A DNA stretch of 64,000 bases from an uncultured archaeon (GTDB lineage: Archaea > Thermoplasmatota > Penumbrarchaeia > JASLWR01), in contig CAYFHS010000003.1 of NCBI GenBank assembly GCA_964342815.1, forward strand, positions 1-64,000, given 5' to 3'. Shown one piece after another: positions 9,698-19,300 of this stretch (position 1 is the stretch's first letter; the number at the start of each line of letters is the position of its first letter). Below the pieces are notes generated by a model that saw only the letters and a program-made list of their open reading frames with translations, was not told the DNA's origin and searched no databases. The position numbers and the translations under genes were made by a program.

Positions 9698-10249
9698 ATG
9701 CCTGAAATGCGAGAAAATCCGGTTCACGGTCAAAATATTTTCCGAGACCGTGCTGGAGTTATTGAATTCCCGTTCAAGATATTGATAATAGCACTGGTGC
9801 TTCTGATAACCGTTCCCTTGATACTCTCGGGGATGGAAAAATATACCATTGCACAGGATTACAACCGGACGGAGCGGGAGATGGTACGTATCAGGAATGC
9901 CATTGTTCAGGTTTATTCGCAGGGAGAGAACGCTTCGCTGGTACTCGAAGTGGAGCTGCCCGAGAGATTGGACTACGTGAAACTTGGCGATACGCTTGTG
10001 GTTAGGGACGGAAAAACTGGCGGATTCAGGGTCAACCCTTTTTCCAATGCAACCTATTACAGAATGGAAGGCGACGAAGAAGTTTCGGAATTCGTGAAGT
10101 ATTCGCTAAGGTCCGTGCCAGTGACCAACGAGAGTGGAGAGGGGGGATTACGTTTCGGCCCGGGGACGTCGAGGATAATGCTGACAAAATTGTTCGATCC
10201 CCGGATCGATATGTTCTTTATAAGAGCCGAGTATATTGTCAATGGTTAG
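9698..10249 (+). CDS. Type IV pilin-like / class III signal peptide-like protein (183 aa)
   Basis: Charged N-terminus ending DRAG followed by VIEFPFKILIIALVLLITVPLILSG (hydrophobic helix), then an amphipathic helix and a beta-rich tail. The cleavage motif is non-canonical. Confidence 0.55.
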   Translation: MPEMRENPVHGQNIFRDRAGVIEFPFKILIIALVLLITVPLILSGMEKYTIAQDYNRTEREMVRIRNAIVQVYSQGENASLVLEVELPERLDYVKLGDTLVVRDGKTGGFRVNPFSNATYYRMEGDEEVSEFVKYSLRSVPVTNESGEGGLRFGPGTSRIMLTKLFDPRIDMFFIRAEYIVNG

Positions 10250-10346
10250 AAGCTCGATAAAATCGAGGTTCGAAGCTTGACAATGTTTGCAGAATCGCAA
10301 GCCAGAGGGACCGATTCTGCTGAATCTAAAGTAAGGAACGATAAAT

Positions 10347-10871
10347 ATGCTTGATTGGGTCATATCCAAGATGGTGATGTCCGTGGCGGCAGTCACGCTG
10401 GTCATTATAAGTCTATTCTTCTTTTCCGAACTGGCTCGAGACAATCAGATCGCCGACACAAATATGCAGGATATTGCAGATCAGATCGCAGGGAGGATCA
10501 ACCAGGCAGTCATATTCCAGGGAGGCATAAGGCATAACATCACTTACAACCCAAAACCTGAAGCCCGAGGCCTGCACCTTCCACGCCACCTGAACGACCG
10601 GGATTATTACCTCGAGTTCACAAATGGAAGCGTGACGGTCATTCATGGGTCCGAGACAAGTACGGCTCTTTTTTCAGCCTACATTCACTTGTTTGACCCC
10701 GATCATCTTCCTGATGGTGAACTAAGTTCCGGAGATATTGCTTATCTTGATCAACAAAACCGGATGAAAACCATCATTTCAGGCGTGGACCTAGCCGTAG
10801 AGAACATTGCTAGGATTGTGGATGGACAATATACATACTTGACCTGCCTTTATGAGCTTGACCCGGCTTAA
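10347..10871 (+). CDS. N-terminally anchored pilin-like protein (174 aa)
   Basis: MLDWVISKMVMSVAAVTLVIISLFFF hydrophobic N-terminus, then helix ADQIAGRINQ and a beta-rich domain. SD-like AAGGA upstream. Confidence 0.5.
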   Translation: MLDWVISKMVMSVAAVTLVIISLFFFSELARDNQIADTNMQDIADQIAGRINQAVIFQGGIRHNITYNPKPEARGLHLPRHLNDRDYYLEFTNGSVTVIHGSETSTALFSAYIHLFDPDHLPDGELSSGDIAYLDQQNRMKTIISGVDLAVENIARIVDGQYTYLTCLYELDPA

Positions 10872-11039
10872 TTGGATTGAACTGAGCCGATTAGAATTAT
10901 TTTACGGCATCTGAAAAAATTGTCTTCTATGATTTTACCTCTCCCGGAATTTATCACTCATCATAAATTATATATGGGTAAAGATTATTAACCTACCGCT
11001 ATATCGGATATTGAACCGGTATGGGAAGGGTGAATTGCC

Positions 11040-11774
11040 ATGCTTCATATAGTAGGAAAGGTCGAGACCTTCAGAGAATTGGTCGATGTAGTGCTTACAG
11101 TCGTGGAGGAGGTGAAGTTGGTTTTCACCCCGGAAGGGATAAGGATAAGGACCGTTGACCCGGCCCATATTGCCATGGTGGACCTTACACTGGGTAAAGA
11201 AGCTTTCGATAAATACGAAGCGGAAGATATGGAAGTGGGCTTGAGCATGAACAAATTTGCAAAGGTGCTTGGCCTGGCGGAAGCGGGTACCGAAATAACT
11301 CTGAAGATAGAGAACGAGACAAATGAAGTAGTAATTACATTCGGGAACATAGAGCGAAAGATGGTGCTAATCGACACGGCAAACTTAACAGAGCCGAAGA
11401 TGCCCGACCTGAAACTTCCTGCCACTATTACCGTCCAGGCTCACGAGGTCCGGCAGGCCATAAAGATCTCCATGGATATTACGGATTATATAAGCATAAG
11501 GGTTGACGAGAATCGATTTATTCTGGAGAATTCGGGGGATACCGGTTCGGCAAAACTGGAACTGCCGAAAGAGAAACTGGAAGAACTGGAATGCGAAGGT
11601 CCGATAACTAGCATGTTTGCACTTGATTATTTCTCGAAGATGATCAAATCCATTAAGAAAAGTGAACTTGTAAGGATGCACTTGGGCAATGCCTATCCAA
11701 TAAAGGTGGAATTTACCATAGCCGACCAGAATGGTGTGGTGACATATCTCTTGGCCCCGCGGATAGAAAGTTGA
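11040..11774 (+). CDS. pcn: DNA polymerase sliding clamp PCNA
   Basis: 244 aa with IRTVDPAHIAMVDL, YPIKVEF and the C-terminal YLLAPRIE motif. Confidence 0.95.
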   Translation: MLHIVGKVETFRELVDVVLTVVEEVKLVFTPEGIRIRTVDPAHIAMVDLTLGKEAFDKYEAEDMEVGLSMNKFAKVLGLAEAGTEITLKIENETNEVVITFGNIERKMVLIDTANLTEPKMPDLKLPATITVQAHEVRQAIKISMDITDYISIRVDENRFILENSGDTGSAKLELPKEKLEELECEGPITSMFALDYFSKMIKSIKKSELVRMHLGNAYPIKVEFTIADQNGVVTYLLAPRIES

Positions 11775-11790
11775 ATACGGAGGCATAACT

Positions 11791-13215
11791 ATGACTCAAA
11801 CGGGTGATGATGCAACAACTGAAAAGAATCTGAAGAAATATAAAAATGCTTTAAGGATTGCCTATGAAGACGGGGTGATCATTCCGGAGGAAAAGGATTT
11901 CCTCGAACTGAAGAAAAAGAAACTCGAAATCACGGATAAACAGCATCTTCGATTGGAGATAGAGGTACTCCTTGAACTGGGTCGTCAGGCTCTTGACAGA
12001 GAAAGGCTGGACGAATCCATCGTTTTTATTAATCAAATAATAGAAAGAGGGGAGGCGGACCTTGAAATATATGAGCTTCTTACCTGTCTCAATGTAATGG
12101 GCGGAGATTACGAAAAGGGAAAGGAGTCTATGGAGAAATGTGTCGAACTGGCAGCCAAGGAAGAATCTGGCGAGGAAGTTCCCGAAGGACCGGTGTGCCC
12201 TGACTGCAGTACAAGCATAAGACATATCGAGCAGTACGACAGATGGTACTGTGATGCCTGTAAAAAATATCTATCAAAGGATTTCAAACCGGGTGGAGTT
12301 GAGGAGGAACCAAAGGTAGAGGAGCCAAAATCCGCGGAACCTGAGCCTGCACCGGCAGCCGAGGAAAAGGCAGCGGAACCCACTTGTCCCGACTGCACCG
12401 GAAAGATAAGACATGTTGCTCAATACGATCGATGGTACTGCGACGCCTGCAAGAAATATATGGCAAAGGATTTCAAACCTGGCGAGAAGAAAGAGGAACC
12501 TGCTGCAGCGCCCGTCGTGGAAGAAAAACCGGAACCTAAAGCAGCAGAACCCGAGCCGGAACCAAAAGCATCTGCGGAACCGGCCTGTCCGGATTGCAGC
12601 GGAAAGATAAGACATGTTGCCCAATATGATCGATGGTACTGCGACGCGTGCAAGAAATACATGGCGAAGGATTTCAAACCTGGCGAGAAGAAAGAGGAAC
12701 CTGCGGCGGCACCTGCTGCCGAACCAAAACCTGCTGAACCTAAAGCCGAACCAAAAGCAGCAGCAGAACCGGCCTGCCCGGATTGCAGTGGAAAGATCCG
12801 ACATATCGCTCAATACGACAGATATTACTGCGACGCGTGTAAAAAATATATGGCAAAGGATTTCAAGCCCGGTGAGAAAAAAGAAGCAGCTCCTGCGGCG
12901 GCGGCACCCGCTGTAGAAGAAAAACCTGAACCAAAGGCAGCAGCGGAACCGGCCTGTACTGACTGCGGCGGCAAGATAAGACATATTGCACAATACGACA
13001 GATGGTACTGCGATGCCTGCAAGAAATACATGGATAAGGGTTTCAAGCCCGGTGGGAAAAAAGAGGCAGCTCCGGCAGCCGCGGCACCACAACCAGAAGT
13101 AAAGAAAGACCCGGCCTGTACCGACTGCGGTGGCAAGATACGGCACATTGCACAGTATGACCGATGGTACTGCGACGCGTGTAAAAAATACATGCCAACA
13201 GGCTTCAAAGCTTGA
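11791..13215 (+). CDS. Protein with an N-terminal helical/TPR-like region and six tandem Zn-ribbon repeats (474 aa)
   Basis: Six copies of C[P/T]DCx2-3[K/S]IRH[I/V]xQYDR[W/Y]YCDACKKY separated by Ala/Pro/Glu/Lys linkers. N-terminal YKNALRIAYEDGVIIPEEKDFL helical motif. Starts 17 bp after the pcn stop. Confidence 0.8.
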   Translation: MTQTGDDATTEKNLKKYKNALRIAYEDGVIIPEEKDFLELKKKKLEITDKQHLRLEIEVLLELGRQALDRERLDESIVFINQIIERGEADLEIYELLTCLNVMGGDYEKGKESMEKCVELAAKEESGEEVPEGPVCPDCSTSIRHIEQYDRWYCDACKKYLSKDFKPGGVEEEPKVEEPKSAEPEPAPAAEEKAAEPTCPDCTGKIRHVAQYDRWYCDACKKYMAKDFKPGEKKEEPAAAPVVEEKPEPKAAEPEPEPKASAEPACPDCSGKIRHVAQYDRWYCDACKKYMAKDFKPGEKKEEPAAAPAAEPKPAEPKAEPKAAAEPACPDCSGKIRHIAQYDRYYCDACKKYMAKDFKPGEKKEAAPAAAAPAVEEKPEPKAAAEPACTDCGGKIRHIAQYDRWYCDACKKYMDKGFKPGGKKEAAPAAAAPQPEVKKDPACTDCGGKIRHIAQYDRWYCDACKKYMPTGFKA

Positions 13216-13232
13216 TCGAAATTATCCGTATC

Positions 13233-13259
13233 ATCCCCTATGCGGGGATTTTTTCTTTT
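13233..13259 (+). terminator. Hairpin plus T-tract, probable terminator of the pcn/Zn-ribbon transcript
   Basis: ATCCCC-TATGC-GGGGAT followed by TTTTTCTTTT, 18 bp after the stop codon. Confidence 0.55.
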
Positions 13260-13344
13260 ATCAAACGTGTAGTGTGAACTTTATCACTTGAAGAGTAGAG
13301 TCACGATATAATAAAGGAGAAAAATCGGAGTGAAACGGTCGTCT

Positions 13345-16300
13345 TTACTTAAATCCCGTTCCGCATTCGGGACATTTCCCCTTGCCCTTTCCGCACTCCA
13401 TGTGCATCACCTTCGAGCACTGGGGACACTTCAACCCCGACAAGCCCTTTTTGATAATTTTCTTGCAGTTAACACACAGAGACGGCCTCTTGATTCGCAG
13501 CAGGGAAGGCGTTACCAATGCGGATTCGATAGATTCTTCCTCTTCCTGTCCTCCAAGCAGCCCGATAATATCGTCAACGGTTTTGTCGATACCTTTTTCG
13601 GATTCTATTGGTGTGGAAATATCAAAATCCCGGCCGGGTCCATGGTCGTCCTCTCCATGGACTTCCCAACCCGCTTCATCAACTGCTTCTGTTTTACCCT
13701 CTTGCCCCAAATCTTCCCATTCCCTACTTTCCGGAGATTTTGCCTCGAAAACCGTATCCGCACCCTCCCCTGTGCTTTCAACATCCACAGAGTCTTCCTC
13801 TTCACCCAAACTTGTCCTTTCCACTACCGAATGCTCTTCACCCCAACTCGTCCTTTCCACGGTGGCTTCTTCAACAATCGACTCCACTTCACTAAAACTT
13901 GACCTTTCTGCTCCCGCTTCATCTACAATCATTCCACCTCCATCCCAACCATCGAATTCCTCGTCCGATGCTTCATCAACCGTTTCACCACCCCAGCTTG
14001 CCCCCTCTTCGGTCTGACCTTCCGTTCCCTTTTCGGCTGTATCCCAAGTTCCTTCATCCTCGGTTTGATCGACCGCTGCCTCCATCTCACTCCCCCAACG
14101 TTCACTTACATCTTCTTCCCCGCTCGCCTCTTCGACAAAATCAGCCTCCACGATAGTTCCGGCACCCTCCTTCCATAGTGCCATTTTGTCTTCCTCCGGC
14201 TCCTCCACCGGGTCGTAATAAGCTTCTTCCTCTGCTCCATCCCCCCAAGGATATTCCAGCTGCGGTGATTCTTGTACGGGGGAGTATTCTACAGGTCTTT
14301 CAGGGGATTCCTCGACTTCTTCCATCGGGAGTGGAACAAGGGCTTCCTCCACTTCAGGGATTTTCGTTTTTTCATCCTTCTTTCGCCTCTTCCTACCAAC
14401 AAAGAGAAACATACCCACTACCATTATTCCCACAATGATGAGACCGTACCAACCAAGGAAACCCAGTACACCAAATACAAAGGGGAGTGCCTCGGAAAGT
14501 GGAACCTGCACCGGTGCGATGTACTGAACGGTCAACGGCTCGATCCAGACATTGCTCACATTGTCAACCACCTTCATATATACAGTCTGTTTGCTGTTGG
14601 ATTCCTTGTCGAACCCATTTCCTCGGAAGTCCCATTTCTTTAAGCCGTCTTTGTAGGGAACCGAAATCCAGGTCGCGTTGTCATTACTTAAGAAATACTC
14701 TCGAACTCCGCTCCCGGCATCATTGACCTGATCGAAACCGACATTGACATAGAATTCTTCCGTCGAGACCGACCGGTCGGTGGATTTGCCGTTGATGGTG
14801 ATGACACCTGCAGGGGCTTTCTCATCCCTTTCGATCATGATGGTGAATTTGGCCATGTTGCTGACATTATCGAAGACCCTGAAATCGTAATAACCGTTAA
14901 TAACACTATTACTGGAGATGACGTACTGAACTGTCTTAACAGCTCTATGAATCTCTGAAAAAAACACAGGAAATTCGATCTCACCAAATCCTGCACCAAT
15001 ATCTTCCACGGAACGGGATTTGAAGATGATCGTGAAGTTCTGGTCCTCACTGAATCCCTTTCCATAATACAAGGTCAAACTCTTCGGGTCATAATGTATG
15101 TAATTACTCTTTTCCATTATTTCAACATATGCCGGATCCACCGACATCGTATTGTCACGCTTCACCGTGATAAGAACTTGTATGGAATTGTTCACATTGT
15201 CGAATATATAAAATGCCCGGCTCTCATTGAAAGTGGAACCCGGCTTCACGGTATAGTTACGATAAAAGTTTGAGGAACTATCCACATGCACGAAAGCATC
15301 GTCTGTGAATAAGGCCGGGACATCTATTCTGGAAATGCCGCTGCCGCCGTCGGTGATATTATTTATTGCAAGATCGAACCACTGGGTAGAATCAAAATCA
15401 GCGTACCAGAGCCATATCTTGTTCGCATCCCGATACTCGGGGTGAATATGCTCACTTTCCTCGAAGATCATAAATGAATCCATCCGGGGGGTGACGTCGT
15501 CGAGGGTTATGTTCAATGTCAAGGACCTGACATTCCCCACCCGGTCGTACAGAATGAACTCAACTGCCCCCGGGTGTTCATCCGATAAGTTAAGTGCATA
15601 AGGGTAAAACTCAGCGGAGCTGAAGGATTCCAAAGTTGAGAAAATGGTGGGATAATGGATTTCCAGGTAACCGCTGAGATCATCGGAAATATTTGTAAAA
15701 AATGCTGTGAACTCCTGGGATCTCCTGATAAATTCATTATTGTAATATAGGGTCAGGTTGCTGTAATGTAAAAATGTGGATGACTCCTCGATATCGAACT
15801 TGTCGAAAGTGGGTGCGGTGGTATCCTTGACGACCATGATTGGGAGAAGAAGAACGTTCCCCACGTTATCCACAACGGATAGGTTCACGCCGCCCGTCAG
15901 GTTCATGGTGTTTTCAATATTATATGTCAGCTCATATGGAAGCAGGTCATCGATCTCGGTGGAATCCCAGTTAAATATCCCCGGGAATATCCCCCGGTAC
16001 AATCCGCTGTCATTATCATCCGATGAGTCTATGGTGATTCTGAACCACTCCGCGGCGCTCATTCCATGGCTGTAGTAGAATATACCCGCGGTCTCGTCGT
16101 AGAACATAAAGGATGACGATTCGCTTATGTTAATAGTTCCCACGGGGGCCTCGATGTCCCTTATCACCTCGAGAGTAAGTATGAGTTGGTTATACGTTCG
16201 GTCGTAGATGGCGATATTAATGGTGCCGGTGTTGATAGATGCTATATTTACACCATATTCACAGGAGTAGGGAAAGATAGGATCGTCGGTAATCGACCTA

Positions 16301-19300
16301 TTGAAAGCCTCCGGGAACAGTACCCCGCCGACTCCGCTTAGATTATCAAGGGAGAATGGTATGGTGATTTCGAAACTCTCTTGCGCTTCCATGTCGTCTC
16401 CGTAATACAGGATACCGTTGAGATCAAAATGGATAAACTCGCTGCTCTCATTGACAGTGAAGGTTGCTTCCGGGGCTTCGGTGTCCCGGATCACCGTGAA
16501 GCTCCATTCAAACGAGTTGTTCACGAGATCGTGAATGTTGAATTCCAAGGTCCCGTTGAAAGTATCCGAGGAATCGACCTTATACAATATATTGTACGGC
16601 AGCACGGACGAAAAGTTATTCATCAGACCGAATTCTTTGGGACAATAAATACCGTAAAGACCGCTTCCGTTGTCGACCGAGCCGTTGAACTGTACGTAGA
16701 ATTCCTGTTCCGCAGACATTTTGTCGCTGTAATAGAAAATATTTCCATCTGGATCATAATACAGATATTTCGAGTCCTCCGCAACGAATTTTTTTATTAT
16801 ATAAGGTACCTCGGTATCCTTGCTAACATTGATGGTGAGATTGAAGTAATTACCCACATTGTCATAAACGGTTATGGTCAGAACTCCCTCGTAGCTATCG
16901 GTGAGATTTATTCCGTATGAAAATGTGAATGGAGCTCCTTTTATAACACCTTCCGACTGGCCGAAGGCGGACTGAAAGGTAACGTTTGCCACGTTGCTGA
17001 GCGCATCGGCAACGCCAAGGGCCGTAATGTTTATCAGCTGCTCTATGGACATTTTTTCACTGTAATACAGAATATTGTCGTCATGGTCGTAATAGACAAA
17101 GCTTGAGCTGTTGTCCCAGATCTCGAATCCGGAGGAAACCGGGTCCTGGTTATCCACTTTGAAATGTACTGTTATTACCACCGAGCGATTCGCCTTATCC
17201 CACAGGGTCACTTCAACATCCACGTCATTTTGACTCAAAGGTACGATATAGCTAATATTCCAGGGCGCTGTGGCGGTAAGCGGTGTGCTGCCGAAAGCGT
17301 TAGAGCCGGATATATTTTCCTTGTTCACCTCGGTCCACAGGAATGAAAGGGTCAAGTTCTGACCCGCGCCCATCCCTGCCAGAGAATTGAACCACACGTC
17401 CCCGCCTGCGGCTCCAAGTGATTCATTATAATAGAATTTCTTGGAGGAATTCACGTCGATATCGGTTATCACGGGATCGTGAAGGTCGATGGTTATCGTG
17501 TCGGTCAACGAGGCGAAATTGCCAACTCTGTCCACGGCATAGACGTAGAACGTGACGAGCCCCTCCGTCCCGTTGTCGCTGTCTCCCGACACGCTGACAT
17601 TGACGTTCCATGGGGATTGATCATCACCCAAACGGTGTTCCTTAAATCCCGAGCCTGCACCGTCACCGGTGCTGTCGGTCCAGGTTACCCATATACGGGT
17701 ACTGTTCGAGTATTCACCGACGCCTCCCGGACCGTCGGGTCTGCACAGCACATTTGTGGGTGCTGCAGGATCATCGTTGTCCACCTTGAAATTTATCACC
17801 ACGGTATCTGTGTTATTGGCCTTGTCCACGACCCATAGCACCAGAGAGAGGTCGCTGCCCTGTCCGGGCTGGACCGGGAAGGGGATCTTCCAGCCGTCAG
17901 CTCCGTTGAAATCGTCGTACTTCTGGCCCCCGAAAACGCTTGACACGTTCACCTTGTCCCTGTAAGGTTCGGTCCATGCAAAGGTGATTGTTATCGTCTG
18001 TCCTGCGCCTTCGCCTGCGTTGCTGTTGAACCACACGTCTCCGCCGTTTGTAGGATGGATCCCCGTGGTATAGTAGTACCTCGTCTTATCAGAGGAAACG
18101 CTTATGGCATCAATAGTGGGTGGCCCGGTATCCACAACGATCCAATCGCTCCCCACGGGACAGTAGTTGCCTACGTTATCGGCAACTGTCAAGTAGAACG
18201 TCTGATTTCCCTCGCCCCACGTCTCAGAATGATGACGGTTATCCAGGGTATCATTGACGGGATTGGGATTATTAATTTGTGCGTAATACAACTTGATATC
18301 GCTCCCTCCTTGATCGTCCATAACAGGCGTCCAATAGAGGAACACGAGGGCATCGTCATCATACTTGTAATAGGTCTGTTTGTCATCGGGATCGCATCTT
18401 ATGTTGATGGGTGTTTTAGGGGCATAGACGTCTCTCCTGACATTTACAACTGTTATGGCATAATTGTTTACCCGATCGTAGATGGTGACATTGATGGTCC
18501 CGTTGAAAATATTCTGTTTCTCGATGGAATAGCTCAGGTCGTAGCGTGAGCTGTAGGAGCTGTCGGTGGGACTGTCGCCGAAACGGTTCTCGCCCACGCC
18601 GCGGTAGAGACCGGCGGTGGCGTCGCTGCACTGGACCCTAATATCGAATTGCGGTTCGTTTACGGTGTTATTGTAGTAAAACACCTTCGAGGTGGAATTG
18701 TAATAAAGGTTATCATTATGAAGTACTTCGGACAAGCTGGTGGAGGTGACGGTTGGAGCGGTGGTGTCCAGGGTAACGTCGAACTGTATAGTTTTGCTTC
18801 TGCCGACATTATCGTACACCGTCACGGTATAGGTTCCGGCATCGTTACGGGCGACCTCGATACTGTAGTCGAGATAGTGGCCGGACTGATAGGAATTGTT
18901 GGTGGGCGTGTCTCCGAAAATGGTCGCTCCGTGGGACTGGTTCCGCCCGGACCCGGTATCGTCGAAGGTCACAATGAGCTGGAACATTATGGGGATGGAG
19001 CTGTTATAATAGAGATCCTTGCTCCCGCTGCTGTAATAGATGTTGCTGACGTTGGAGAGCTCGTTGATGTTGGGGATGGCAAGGTTATCGGGGTCGTTGG
19101 CATCGAAGTTGAAGGTCATGCTCGTGGAATTCATGTTGTTCACGTGGTCGTAGATATAGAGGGTTACAGTGATGTTTCCGGTACTGTCATCCCCCACGTC
19201 GTAGGCTATGTATGAGCCGCCGGTTCCTGCATTCTGGGAAAGATTATCGTCCCCGTCGTTACTGGAATCCCAGTCCATCTCGCCGCTGCCGAGACCGGAA

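Noticed and set aside
12274-13146. Long antisense ORFs (also 20-514, 229-888, 6179-6688, 7534-8244, 13382-14017 and many within 33290-55114)
   Set aside because: These are shadow frames of repetitive or codon-biased genes on the opposite strand, with low-complexity translations and no family motifs.
11791-13215. PIP-box (PCNA-binding motif) in the Zn-ribbon protein
   Set aside because: QYDRWY does not fit the Qxx[ILM]xx[FY][FY] spacing, and no other match was seen.
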